Below are positions 18,579-27,607 of a stretch of 64,000 nt of DNA, one piece after another. The stretch comes from an uncultured Solirubrobacterales bacterium (GTDB lineage Bacteria > Actinomycetota > Thermoleophilia > Solirubrobacterales > Solirubrobacteraceae): positions 47,487 through 111,486 of the forward strand of contig CAWHZJ010000019.1 of assembly GCA_963833765.1 (NCBI GenBank), in the 5' to 3' direction. Both the position numbers and the translations under genes were made by a program. Position 1 is the stretch's first letter, and the number at the start of each line of letters is the position of its first letter. The notes beneath the pieces were generated by a model, which was given only the letters and a program-made list of their open reading frames with translations, was not told where the DNA came from and made no database searches.

Positions 18579-20705
18579 CTAGGCCTCGCCCGAACGCGCC
18601 GTATGGCGGCGCATCAGCAACTCTTGCGCGTTGATCGTCTGCTCGGGGCTCGGCGGAACGCGCCGCGTCCAGATGCCGTCTGAGCCGAGATCCCAAGCGT
18701 TGTGGTTGTCGGACAGGCACAGCTCGACCACCTCGAGAACCTCGGCGCGCAGGGCCGGATCCTCGATCGGGACGGCGAGCTCGACGCGGTTGTCGAGGTT
18801 GCGCGGCATCAGGTCGGCCGAGGAGATGTAGACCTTCTGGGCGCCGTCGTACTCGAAGGCGTAGACCCGCGAGTGCTCGAGAAAACGGCCGACGACCGAG
18901 ACCGCGCGGATGTTCTCGGAGATCCCGGGCAGGCCCGGACGCAGGCAGCAGATGCCGCGGACATTGATGTCGACGCGCACGCCGGCGCGCGAGGCGAGGT
19001 ACAGCGCCTCGATGCACGCGCGGTCGACGAGCGAGTTGAGCTTGAGCGTGATCCGCGCCGGGGACGCCGGTGAGTGGGCGGAGATCGCCTGGGCGATCTC
19101 GTCGAGGATCGCGTTGCGCAGATAGCTCGGCGCGACCAGCACCTTGCGGTAGCCGGACGGCCGGCCGAAGCCGGTGAGGTAGTTGAACAGCTCGGCGACG
19201 TCGGCGCCGATCGCCTCGTCGGTGGTGAACAGGCCGAAGTCGGTGTACAGGCGCGCCGTGGCGGAGTGGTAGTTGCCGGTCCCGATATGCACGTAGTTGC
19301 GCACGCCGTCGCCCTCGCGACGCACGACGAGCACACACTTCGCGTGGGTCTTCAGCGCCGGGTGCCCGTAGACGACGTGCACGCCGGACTGCTCGAGCGC
19401 CTTGGCCCAGTGGATGTTGGTGCGCTCATCGAAGCGCGCCTGCAGCTCGACCAGGCAGACCGCCTGCTTGCCCCGTTCTGCGGCGCGGATCAGCGCCGGG
19501 ACCAGCGGCGAGTCGTCGCTCGTGCGGTACACGGTCTGCTTGATGGCCAGCACCTGCGGGTCGCTGACGGCCTGCTCGACGAACCGCTCGACCGAGCTGG
19601 AGAACGAGTCGTAGGGATGGTGCACGAGCAGGTCGCCGTCGCGCATCGCGCCCATCACGTCGGCGCGGCGCTCCTCGTCGGCGAAAATCCGGGGGTGCGC
19701 GACCGGGCTGTAGGGCACGTCACGCAGCTCCGCATAGCCCGGCAGCCGCGTCAGCTCGAGCAGGCCGGTCAAATCGAGCATCCCGTCGATCGGGTAGACG
19801 TCGCGCGGCGAGACGTCGAGCGCCGTGGTCAGCTCGCCGAGCAGGCGCGCCGCGATTCGCGCGCCGACCTCGACGCGGACGACCTCACCGAGGCGGCGCC
19901 GGCGCAACTCCTCCTCGACCGCCTGCAGCAGGTCGTCGGCCTCGTCGGAGATCGCGAGATCGGCGTCGCGGGTGACGCGGAAGTAGTCGTAGTCGGCAAT
20001 CTCCATCCCGGGGAACAGCGAGTCGAGGTGGTGCGCGATGACGTCCTCGAGTAGCACGAAGGTGTTGCCCTGGCCGAGCGCGACGAACCGCGGCAGGATC
20101 TCGGTGGGAACCTTGACCCGAGCGAAGGTGGTGTGGCCGCTGTCGGGGTCGCGCGCGATCACCCCGAGGCTGAGCGACAGGTTGGAGATGTAGGGGAACG
20201 GCTGTCCCGGGCCGACCGCCAGCGGCGTCAGCGCCGGGAAGATCACACGGCGGAAATGGCCGGCGAGCGCCTCGCGCTCGGCCGCGCTGACGTCGCTCAC
20301 GCGCCTCACCGAGATGCCGTGCTCGGCGAGTCCGGGGAGCAGGCGCTCGGAGACGCAGCGGGCGAGCCGCGCGCCATGCTCGAGCACGCGCTCATGCAAC
20401 GCCTCGAGCGTCTGCGACGGCGTCCGTCCGTCGATGCTCGGTCGCTCGACGCCGGCTTCGATCTGATCATGCAGACCCGCGACGCGGACCATGAAGAACT
20501 CGTCGAGGTTCGATGTGTAGATCGAGGCGAACTTGGTGCGTTCCAGCAGCGGCAGCGACGGGTCCTCCGCCAACTCGAGGACGCGCAGGTTGAAGTCGAG
20601 CCACGACAGCTCGCGGCTGAAGTAGTTCGCGGGGTCCGCGAGTTTCGCTGTGGTCGGGGCCGGCCGCCCGTCTGGGGCGAGCCGCGGCGCGTCAGTCGTG
20701 CTCAT
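18579..20705 (-). CDS. ppk: Polyphosphate kinase 1
   Basis: 708 aa. N-terminus NYFSRELSWLDFNLRVLELAED is typical. Two PLD-like HKD regions are present (LKTHAKCVLVVRRE and FLEHSRVYAF). Confidence 0.95.
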   Translation of the reverse strand: MSTTDAPRLAPDGRPAPTTAKLADPANYFSRELSWLDFNLRVLELAEDPSLPLLERTKFASIYTSNLDEFFMVRVAGLHDQIEAGVERPSIDGRTPSQTLEALHERVLEHGARLARCVSERLLPGLAEHGISVRRVSDVSAAEREALAGHFRRVIFPALTPLAVGPGQPFPYISNLSLSLGVIARDPDSGHTTFARVKVPTEILPRFVALGQGNTFVLLEDVIAHHLDSLFPGMEIADYDYFRVTRDADLAISDEADDLLQAVEEELRRRRLGEVVRVEVGARIAARLLGELTTALDVSPRDVYPIDGMLDLTGLLELTRLPGYAELRDVPYSPVAHPRIFADEERRADVMGAMRDGDLLVHHPYDSFSSSVERFVEQAVSDPQVLAIKQTVYRTSDDSPLVPALIRAAERGKQAVCLVELQARFDERTNIHWAKALEQSGVHVVYGHPALKTHAKCVLVVRREGDGVRNYVHIGTGNYHSATARLYTDFGLFTTDEAIGADVAELFNYLTGFGRPSGYRKVLVAPSYLRNAILDEIAQAISAHSPASPARITLKLNSLVDRACIEALYLASRAGVRVDINVRGICCLRPGLPGISENIRAVSVVGRFLEHSRVYAFEYDGAQKVYISSADLMPRNLDNRVELAVPIEDPALRAEVLEVVELCLSDNHNAWDLGSDGIWTRRVPPSPEQTINAQELLMRRHTARSGEA

Positions 20706-20717
20706 CGCAACTGTGGA

Positions 20718-21194
20718 TTATGCGCCCACAGGGTCCTGCGTCGGTGAAGAGAGAGTTGCTGCAAGCAGGCGGTCGCGAAGGCCGGATTGCGCGATCGACT
20801 CCCACAGCGCGCTGAACTGGGCGAAGTGCTCGGCGCGCCGGGCGCGGAAGCGGGCGGCGAGCGCATCGAAGCCGGCCGGTTCGCGGGCGTAGCTCACGGC
20901 GATCCGCGCCAGCATCACGTCGCAGTCGTGGATCTCCCCGAGCACCTCCTGCAACTCGCGAGCGCGGGCCTGGGCCTCCGCTCCGACGTCGCCCAGGCAG
21001 AACCCGACGAGCTCGAGCAGGTAGCGCAGGCGCTTGGCGGCAATCCGCATGTCGTGCATCGCGGTGACGGCGTGCTCGCTGAGCGCCTCCGGAACGAACG
21101 CGTAGAGCTCGGCGCTGCGCACCGCGACGATCCGTCGCGCGGCCTCAGCGAGCGGCATCGTCGCAACGAGGCCCTCCACGCGGTGAGCCTTCAC
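20718..21194 (-). CDS. Half-size CHAD-domain protein (second half-like)
   Basis: 158 aa. Carries one copy of the CHAD signature HDMRIAAKRLRYLLE plus LQEVLGEIHDCDV. Its GTG start overlaps the upstream stop (GTGA). Lies 12 nt upstream of ppk1. Confidence 0.75.
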   Translation of the reverse strand: MKAHRVEGLVATMPLAEAARRIVAVRSAELYAFVPEALSEHAVTAMHDMRIAAKRLRYLLELVGFCLGDVGAEAQARARELQEVLGEIHDCDVMLARIAVSYAREPAGFDALAARFRARRAEHFAQFSALWESIAQSGLRDRLLAATLSSPTQDPVGA

Positions 21195-21637
21195 TTGGCG
21201 AGCCTAGCGAGCCGGCGTCGCAGACGCCTCCGCCTGGCGCGGTCGAGCGCCTTGCCCAGCGCGCGATTGGCCTGGCGCTGCTCGCTGCGCAGGTCCTCGA
21301 TCAGCACCTCGACCGCCCGGCGCTCGGCGGGCGCGCACGCTTCGAGCAGGCCGGTCAGCAGCTCGAGCCCGACGTCGCGGTCGCGCCGCTCACCGAGCGC
21401 GGCGGCGAGCGCCTTGACGTCGGCAAGCGCGCGGGCGCCGCGCTTGCGATGCAGGCACGGCCCGAAGACCTCGAGCGCCGCACGCAGGCGGCGGGTCGCC
21501 ACCCGCATCGCGTGGACGCCCTCGACGTCGCCGAGGTCGAGCACGGCTTTGCGGCGGTGCGCGAACACGGCATCCGCGCGTCCACGGATGACCGTCGCGG
21601 CGGCATCCGCGTACGGCTGCTCGGCCGACAGCTTCAT
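21191..21637 (-). CDS. Half-size CHAD-domain protein (first half-like)
   Basis: 148 aa. Carries one copy of the CHAD signature VHAMRVATRRLRAALEVF plus LAAALGERRDRDV. Its start overlaps the ppx stop (ATGA). Confidence 0.75.
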   Translation of the reverse strand: MKLSAEQPYADAAATVIRGRADAVFAHRRKAVLDLGDVEGVHAMRVATRRLRAALEVFGPCLHRKRGARALADVKALAAALGERRDRDVGLELLTGLLEACAPAERRAVEVLIEDLRSEQRQANRALGKALDRARRRRLRRRLARLAK

Positions 21638-22521
21638 CCGCCCCAGCCGGCCGCGATCAGCATCTCGAGGATCACGCCCTCACGGAGTCCGCCGCGCCCG
21701 ATCAGCAGCGGACGCTCGAGCCGGTCGGAGATCTCCTCGAGGACGAGCATCCCCGCGGGCAGCAGGCGCACTCGCTCGCCTTCCATCTCGAAGGCCCGGG
21801 CGACCTCGTCGCTCGGGGTCGTTGCCAGAATCCGCAGTCCGCGCTCGAGCGTCTCGCGGTCGAGCACGCCGCCGACCAGCCGGCGCAGCGAGGTCGAGCT
21901 GCCGCCGACCGCGACGGCCAGCTCCGGCGTCGGCAGCGAGAAGCCCTCGAAGACCCCGCCGACGTGCGCGCGCACCTGCTGGAGCTGCTCGATCGTCGGC
22001 GGGTCTCCGTGCAGGTAGGAATCGGCGAGAAAGCCTGAGCCGATGCGAAACGAGCTGGACGCGCGCACCCCGTCGGCGATCGTCCCGATCGCGATCTCCG
22101 ACGAAGAGCCGCCGACGTCGATCACGGCGATGTCTCCGTCAGGCGGGTGATCGAGGGCGCTCGTCGCCCCGACGAACGCGAGCCGAGCCTCCTCCTCATC
22201 GCTGAGGACCTCGACCGCGACGCCGGCGTTTTGCGCGATCGCTCGCGTGAACTCCTCCTGATTGGCGGCCTCGCGGATCGCCGCCGTGGCGACCGCGCGA
22301 ATCGTGTCGGTGCCCAGCTCGCGCGCGAGGCGCACCTGGGTCGCGACGACCTCGGCGACCTCGGTGATCTTGTCCGCCGGAATCGTGTCATCGCGCCGCA
22401 GGCCCTTGCCGATCCGCGTGAACGCGCGCTGGCGGAGCAGCTCACGCAGCCGGCCGTCGGCCGGCTCGGCGACCAGTAGCCGCGTCGTGTTTGAACCGAT
22501 GTCGATGCAGCCACAGATCAT
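21634..22521 (-). CDS. ppx: Ppx/GppA-family exopolyphosphatase (short form)
   Basis: Start is placed at the internal Met giving MICGCIDIGSNTTRLLVAE, the ASKHA phosphate-1 motif. VIDVGGSSSE and AVGGSSTSL are also present. First gene of the ppx / CHAD half / CHAD half / ppk1 string. Confidence 0.85.
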   Translation of the reverse strand: MICGCIDIGSNTTRLLVAEPADGRLRELLRQRAFTRIGKGLRRDDTIPADKITEVAEVVATQVRLARELGTDTIRAVATAAIREAANQEEFTRAIAQNAGVAVEVLSDEEEARLAFVGATSALDHPPDGDIAVIDVGGSSSEIAIGTIADGVRASSSFRIGSGFLADSYLHGDPPTIEQLQQVRAHVGGVFEGFSLPTPELAVAVGGSSTSLRRLVGGVLDRETLERGLRILATTPSDEVARAFEMEGERVRLLPAGMLVLEEISDRLERPLLIGRGGLREGVILEMLIAAGWGG

Positions 22522-22547
22522 GCTGTCCAGGCTATAGGCTCGCAGGT

Positions 22548-23009
22548 GTGGCAAGAACGCTCTGGCTGCTGCGCCATGGCGATGCGGAGGCCCACGGCAG
22601 CCGCTCGGACTTCGAACGCCGCCTGACCGACCGCGGCGAGCGCCAGTCCCGGGCGGCCGGTCGCGCCTTCGTGCGGCTCGGCGTGCGCTTCGAGGCCGTC
22701 TTCACGAGCCCGCGAGTTCGCGCGCTCGACACCGCCCGCCTGGTCTGCGCGGAGCTCGACCTCGAGCCGATTGTCCACGAGCCGCTCTCCGGCGGCTTCG
22801 ACGAACGGCACGCCGACGAGCTGCTCGCGGCGTCGGGGCCCGGCAGCGCGCTGTTGGTCGTCGGCCACGAGCCCGATCTCTCCGGGCTCGTGGCGGTGCT
22901 GACCTCGGCGCGGATCGAGATGAAGAAGGGCGGGATCGCGGCGGTCCGCGGGGGCCAGCTGGTGGAGCTGCTACGCCCGCGCGAGATCGAGCTCGTGGCT
23001 GGGCTCTGA
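22548..23009 (+). CDS. sixA: SixA-type phosphohistidine phosphatase
   Basis: In-frame GTG at 22548 gives VARTLWLLRHGDAE, the RHG motif of histidine phosphatase branch 1. About 153 aa, with SPRVRALDTA and LLVVGHEPDLS. Divergent from ppx across a 26-bp gap. Confidence 0.8.
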   Translation: MARTLWLLRHGDAEAHGSRSDFERRLTDRGERQSRAAGRAFVRLGVRFEAVFTSPRVRALDTARLVCAELDLEPIVHEPLSGGFDERHADELLAASGPGSALLVVGHEPDLSGLVAVLTSARIEMKKGGIAAVRGGQLVELLRPREIELVAGL

Positions 23010-23822
23010 GTCGAGGATCTGGCGCGCGGGGGCCGGCGCCGTCGCCGGGGGGTCGATGCCGACCGGGGCGGCCGCGAACCGGTAACCGATTCCGAAGTGG
23101 GTATGGATGTAGCGCCAGTCCGGCGACACGCGCTCGAGCTTCTGGCGCAGCTTGCGCACGAAGACGTCGACCGAGCGGTCGCCGCGGACCATCGCGTAGC
23201 CCCACAGCCGCTGGTAGATGAACTCGCGCTCGAGAACCCGCCCGCCCGAGACGGCGAGCAGCTCGATCAGCTCGAACTCGCGGCGTGTGAGATCGATGCT
23301 CACGCCGTGCACGAAGGCCTGATACTGGTCGCGCTGGATTTCGACCTCGCCCGCGAGCACCGGTTCGACGGCCGTCGAACCCTCGAGCCGGCGGCGCCGG
23401 CGCACGACCGACTCGACGCGCGCGATCAGCTCCTCGGGATGGCACGGCTTGGTCAGCCAGTCATCCGCGCCGAGCCGCAGCCCGCGGACGCGCTGGGCGA
23501 CCGTCGAGCTGCCCGTGCAGACGACGACGCCAAGCTCGGGCAGCGCCCCGCACAGTCGCTCGAGCCACTCCCAGCAGGTCGGTCCGATCACCGCGAGATC
23601 GACCACGATCGCGCCGAGGCGCATGGGCACGATCGTCTCCGGAGCTACCGAGGAGGCAAGCACGCGGTACTCCCAGCCCGCTCGCTCAAGACGCTTGCCG
23701 AGCACCGCAAGAAAGCCCGAGTCACGATCGAGCACCGCGATCCGGAGCGTCAACGGGGCGCTCGCGTGCCCGATCGGCTCGGCCGACAGGGTTTCTTCCG
23801 CAGCGGAAGCGCGCTCGACCAT
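22971..23822 (-). CDS. OmpR/PhoB-family response regulator (PhoP-like), no cognate kinase nearby
   Basis: Receiver features are present: VLDRDSG, acceptor-like IVVDLAV, VVVCTGSS and GADDWLTKP. The C-terminal wHTH is LTRREFELIELL...GDRSVDVFVRKLRQKLE...RYIHTHFGIGYRF. Its 3' end overlaps sixA by 39 bp. Confidence 0.85.
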   Translation of the reverse strand: MVERASAAEETLSAEPIGHASAPLTLRIAVLDRDSGFLAVLGKRLERAGWEYRVLASSVAPETIVPMRLGAIVVDLAVIGPTCWEWLERLCGALPELGVVVCTGSSTVAQRVRGLRLGADDWLTKPCHPEELIARVESVVRRRRRLEGSTAVEPVLAGEVEIQRDQYQAFVHGVSIDLTRREFELIELLAVSGGRVLEREFIYQRLWGYAMVRGDRSVDVFVRKLRQKLERVSPDWRYIHTHFGIGYRFAAAPVGIDPPATAPAPARQILDSEPSHELDLARA

Positions 23823-23875
23823 CTCCGGTGATTCTAGCCAGACCGCGGGCGGCTGAACGGGGGTTCTCCTACCCT

Positions 23876-23908
23876 GGTCACCAGATCTTCACAAGAGGAT
23901 CAGGACGG
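23876..23908 (+). promoter_or_regulatory. Three 11-nt phased direct repeats GGTCAC/CTTCAC/GATCAG (Pho-box-like) upstream of the response-regulator gene
   Basis: GGTCACCAGAT CTTCACAAGAG GATCAGGACGG read directly from the sequence. The array lies 54 nt upstream of the RR start and overlaps the phoU stop. Periodicity and core match the arrays at 27564 and 29436. Confidence 0.4.
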
Positions 23909-24613
23909 ACCGATGTGCGAGGAATCGGAAAACTCGCGGAACAGCCCGGTCACGACGAACGCCGTCTGCTCACCGACATCGACCGCGTTATCGCCGATCC
24001 TCTCAAGGCACCGAGCGACGATCGTCATGTGCATCGCCCACTCGCGGGTATCGAGATCGTCGCCGGCCTCGATCGCCTTGCGGAAGATCTCGCGCTGGAT
24101 CTGGTTGACCTCGCGATCCTGGCGGACGAGATCCTCGGCGAGTCCGACGTCGCGATCTTCAAACGAGCGCTTGGCCTGCGAGACCTCCGAGCGCGCGATC
24201 TCGCCCATCCGCAGCAGCAGCGCCAGGATCTCGGGACGCGTCGGCGGCTCGTGGCCCGACAGCGGCAGCAGCTTGCAGATGTTGACGCACTGGTCGCCCA
24301 TGCGCTCGACGCGCAGGATCACGTGCAGCAATGCGGCGACGAGTCGCAGGTCGCCGGCCACCGGGGCCTGGCGGGCGAGCAGCGAGAGGATGCCCTGATG
24401 GACCTCGAGATAGCGCCCGTCGACCCGGTCGTCGTCGGCGATCACGAACGACGCGAGCTCGACGTCCTGGTGGGCGAGCGCCTCGAGCGTCCGGTCGAGC
24501 TGCTCGAGCACGATGTCGATAGTCCCGAGCGCGCGCTGTTCCAGCTCACGCAACTCGTCCTGGAAGTGGGGCCGGCCGGTTGCGTTGGTGCTAGCCGAAC
24601 TTGACGGCGACAT
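23900..24613 (-). CDS. phoU: Phosphate signalling complex protein PhoU
   Basis: 237 aa. Two PhoU repeats are present (VERMGDQCVNI and LERIGDNAVDV). Sits downstream of pstB2. Confidence 0.9.
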   Translation of the reverse strand: MSPSSSASTNATGRPHFQDELRELEQRALGTIDIVLEQLDRTLEALAHQDVELASFVIADDDRVDGRYLEVHQGILSLLARQAPVAGDLRLVAALLHVILRVERMGDQCVNICKLLPLSGHEPPTRPEILALLLRMGEIARSEVSQAKRSFEDRDVGLAEDLVRQDREVNQIQREIFRKAIEAGDDLDTREWAMHMTIVARCLERIGDNAVDVGEQTAFVVTGLFREFSDSSHIGPS

Positions 24614-24738
24614 ATCCCTCCGTTCGCATCCTGCTGTGGACGTGTCCCCACCTCATCGGCGGCGCGCTGTGACCGCGCATCGGAACGAGCGCGTGCGGGT
24701 GACCCGATTCTGGGCTGGGCGTGGCGGCGTTCACCGTG

Positions 24739-25635
24739 TCATCCAAAGCGGCCTGTGACGTAGTCCTCGGTGCGCTTGTCGTCGGGCCGGGTGAACAGCT
24801 TCTCGGTGTCGTCGTATTCGACGAGAACGCCGGTCCGCTTGCCGTTGCTCACATCGAGGCTGAAGAACGCTGTTCGCTCGGCGACGCGCGCCGCCTGCTG
24901 CATGTTGTGCGTGACGATGACGAGCGTGTAGTTGCGCTTGAGGTCCTGCATCAGGTCCTCGACCGACGCCGTGGCGATCGGGTCGAGCGCGGAGCACGGC
25001 TCGTCCAGCAGCAGCACGTCGGGCTCGATCGCGATCGATCGCGCGATGCACAGGCGTTGCTGCTGGCCACCGGAGAGCCCGAGCGCGCTGGACTTGAGGC
25101 GATCCTTGACCTCGTCCCACAGCGCTGCGCCGCGCAACGCCTTCTCGACGCGGTCGTCGAGCTCACTCTTCATTCCGAGGATTCGCGGTGCCCAGGCGAT
25201 GTTGTCGAAGATCGACTTGGGAAACGGGTTGGGGCGCTGGAACACCATCCCGATTCGCCGCCGGACCTCGACCGGATCGACGTCGCCCGCATAGAGGTTG
25301 TTGCCGTGGTACAGCGCCTCACCGGTGACGCGGAAGCCGGGGACCGAGTCGTTCATCCGGTTGAGCGTGCGAACCATCGTGCTCTTGCCGCAGCCGGAAG
25401 GCCCGATCATCGCGGTGATCACGTTCTTGTACACCTGCATGCTGACGCCCTCGACCGCGAGCGTGGCGCCGTAGTACACGTCGACGTCGCGCAGGTCGAA
25501 CACGACCTCACTGGTCGTCGCGGTTGGTTCCCTGGCGGGGACCGCAAGCGGCGCGAGCGGGGCTGCCGAGCTGTCAATCTCAGGCTGGCTGCTGTCCATT
25601 GGCTCGGCGCTCCTCGTCGTGTTCGTGTCGGTCAT
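24739..25635 (-). CDS. pstB: Phosphate ABC transporter ATP-binding protein PstB (copy 2)
   Basis: In-frame ATG at 25635 overlaps the pstA2 stop (ATGA). Walker [10 protein letters not shown], signature LSGGQQQRL, Walker B LLLDEP and C-terminus [12 protein letters not shown] are present. The 107-aa ORF-track extension is rejected. Confidence 0.9.
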   Translation of the reverse strand: MTDTNTTRSAEPMDSSQPEIDSSAAPLAPLAVPAREPTATTSEVVFDLRDVDVYYGATLAVEGVSMQVYKNVITAMIGPSGCGKSTMVRTLNRMNDSVPGFRVTGEALYHGNNLYAGDVDPVEVRRRIGMVFQRPNPFPKSIFDNIAWAPRILGMKSELDDRVEKALRGAALWDEVKDRLKSSALGLSGGQQQRLCIARSIAIEPDVLLLDEPCSALDPIATASVEDLMQDLKRNYTLVIVTHNMQQAARVAERTAFFSLDVSNGKRTGVLVEYDDTEKLFTRPDDKRTEDYVTGRFG

Positions 25636-26531
25636 CGGGACAATATCCGGCGCTGGCGCGCGAGCATCGCCCGGGCGGCCAGGTTGCCAACCAGGATAAA
25701 GGCGATCAGCACGAGCGCCGCCCCCCAGGCGCGCGCGTGGTCGGCGGGGAAGCCTGACTCGGAGTCCGAGAAGATGATGTAGGGAATATTCGGCAGCGCC
25801 GTTCCGAACACGTCGACGGTGGTGCTGTTGCTGAACACCGAGCACAGCAGGAGCATCGGCGCGGTCTCGCCGGCGGCGCGGGCGATCGCGAGCACCATTC
25901 CGGTGAGGATGCCACCGAGCGCGCCGGGCAGGACGATGCCGACGATCGTGCGCCAACGGCTGATGCCGAGCGCGTGCGAGGCGTCGCGGAGCTCCCTCGG
26001 GACGAGCAGCAGCATCTCCTGTGTCGTGCGCGCGAGCAGCGGCACCATGATGATGGCGAGCGCGAACGACGCCGCGAAGCCGGTCTGGTGATGGCCCTCG
26101 ACCAGCAGCCCGTAGACGAACACGGCGATGACGATCGAGGGCATGCCGTTCAGCAGATCGAGCGCCAGCCGGATCGGCCGCGCTGTGCGGGGCTTCGAGA
26201 ACTCGGTCAGGTAGATCGCGATCAGCACGCCGATCGGCAGTGCCATCGCCGTGGCGACCGCCACGATCAGCGCGCTACCGACGATCGCGCTGGCGATGCC
26301 ACCCCCGACCGTGCCGAGGCCGACCGCCGGGTCCTTGGTGAGGAATCCGATCGAGAGCTGGCTGGCGCCCTGCGAGGCGACGGTGACGATGACGATCACG
26401 AGGATCGCGACGGCGAGCACGGCTGCGCCCGTCGCGACGCCGCGCATCAGGTGGTCGACGCGGCGGCGCCGGCGGAGGTTGCCGCCGGCGGACGTGAGCG
26501 GGCTCGCGGGATCGATCGCCGACATCGACAT
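25632..26531 (-). CDS. pstA: Phosphate ABC transporter permease PstA (copy 2)
   Basis: 299-aa polytopic permease with an EAA-like loop ([23 protein letters not shown]). Sits between pstC2 and pstB2. Confidence 0.85.
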   Translation of the reverse strand: MSMSAIDPASPLTSAGGNLRRRRRVDHLMRGVATGAAVLAVAILVIVIVTVASQGASQLSIGFLTKDPAVGLGTVGGGIASAIVGSALIVAVATAMALPIGVLIAIYLTEFSKPRTARPIRLALDLLNGMPSIVIAVFVYGLLVEGHHQTGFAASFALAIIMVPLLARTTQEMLLLVPRELRDASHALGISRWRTIVGIVLPGALGGILTGMVLAIARAAGETAPMLLLCSVFSNSTTVDVFGTALPNIPYIIFSDSESGFPADHARAWGAALVLIAFILVGNLAARAMLARQRRILSR

Positions 26532-27541
26532 CAGTGGACCACTCCCTGGCGGCGCTCGAAGCGGCGCACGACGAACTGCGCTCCGAGGTTGACGATCAGC
26601 TCCATCGCGAGCAGGATCACCGCGCAGTAGAAGAGCGCGGCGAGCTGCTTGCTGCTCTCCGCGCCGGTGACCTGCTCGGCGATGCGGCTCGCGAGTGAGT
26701 CGCCGGTGTTGAACAGGTTTGCGCTGAGCAGGGATCCGGCGCCCATCAGCTGGGTCACCGCGATCGCCTCGCCGAGCGCGCGGCTCAGCCCGAGGATCGT
26801 GGCCGCCGCGAGACCCGCCCGCGTCGAGTCGAGGACCACGCCGCGGATCATCTCCCAGCGCGTCGCCCCGAGCGCGAGCGCCCCGTCCTTCAGCTCGCGC
26901 GGGACGCTGAGGAAGAGGTCACGGCTGATCGACGCGATGATCGGCAGGACCATGATCGCCAGGACCACGCCTGCGGTGAAGACGCCGAGTCCGGTCGCCG
27001 AGGGCGCCCCGAAGATCGGGATGAAGCCCAGGACGTCGTGGAGCGCCGGCTCGATCGTCGAGCGCATGATCGGCGCCAGGATCAGGATCCCCCAGAGACC
27101 GAGGATCACGCTGGGTATCGCCGCGAGCAGCTCGACGAGCGGTCCGATCACCGCACCGACGCGCCCCGGTGCGAGCAGGCTCAGGTAGACGCCGATGGCG
27201 ATCCCCAGCGGCACCGCGATCAGCAGCGAGATCGCCGAGGTCACCACGGTGCCGAAGATCAGGCTCCCGGCACCGAACACGTTGGCGTGGGCCACGCCGG
27301 CGGAGCTCGCGGGGTTCCACGTCGAATGCCAGAGAAACCCGAGTCCGAAGGTCGAGATCGACGAGCTGGCGCCGTCGATCAGCTTGTAGATGATCAGCCC
27401 GATCACCACCACGGCCGCGAGCGACGCCGCCAGTGTGAGGCCGACGAGAAGGCGGTCGCCGAGTCGGTCGGCGCGGTGCCGGCTCGTTGGCAGCCGCGCG
27501 GCGGCGGGCGTGATGGTGCTCACGAGCGACAGCCTAGTCAC
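26531..27541 (-). CDS. pstC: Phosphate ABC transporter permease PstC (copy 2)
   Basis: 336-aa polytopic permease with the motif ISRDLFLSVPRELKDGALALGATRWE. GTG start at 27541; the exact start is uncertain. Confidence 0.85.
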   Translation of the reverse strand: MTRLSLVSTITPAAARLPTSRHRADRLGDRLLVGLTLAASLAAVVVIGLIIYKLIDGASSSISTFGLGFLWHSTWNPASSAGVAHANVFGAGSLIFGTVVTSAISLLIAVPLGIAIGVYLSLLAPGRVGAVIGPLVELLAAIPSVILGLWGILILAPIMRSTIEPALHDVLGFIPIFGAPSATGLGVFTAGVVLAIMVLPIIASISRDLFLSVPRELKDGALALGATRWEMIRGVVLDSTRAGLAAATILGLSRALGEAIAVTQLMGAGSLLSANLFNTGDSLASRIAEQVTGAESSKQLAALFYCAVILLAMELIVNLGAQFVVRRFERRQGVVH

Positions 27542-27563
27542 CCGGCTGACGACGATCCGTTGT

Positions 27564-27607
27564 GTTCACAACTTGATAACCGGACGTTCACCGGTGCGTA
27601 ACGCCCA
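27564..27607 (+). promoter_or_regulatory. Pho-box-like array: four 11-nt phased direct repeats in the pstS2/pstC2 divergent region
   Basis: GTTCACAACTT GATAACCGGAC GTTCACCGGTG CGTAACGCCCA read directly. The GTTCAC core and 11-nt phasing match actinobacterial PhoP (PHO box) operators. The array ends 56 nt before the pstS2 start, and a possible -10 TAAGAC sits at 27612. Confidence 0.55.

Noticed and set aside
20718-21637. Reading the two CHAD half-genes as one frameshifted pseudogene.
   Set aside because: This is not adopted as the primary call. Each half has its own start in a GTGA or ATGA overlap of the kind used throughout this window, and each has an intact motif set. A sequencing frameshift cannot be excluded without reads, so it is listed under the finding as a refutation test.
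24614-24738. GGTCAC, GGTCAC and GTTCAC motifs in the pstB2-phoU intergenic region.
   Set aside because: The two GGTCAC copies are 30 nt apart, not a multiple of 11, and the GTTCAC is on the other strand with no phased neighbours. This may be chance in GC-rich DNA.
25636-25956. N-terminal extension of pstB2. The same kind of extension occurs on the egtD-like gene (46999-47142), tal-pgi (54718-54975), tkt (56739-57008), the ROK kinase (57713-57835) and PHP::GT4 (36020-36190).
   Set aside because: Most run into the upstream gene or into non-coding DNA and have Arg-rich composition. Internal Met codons give conserved N-termini, and several also give ATGA overlaps.
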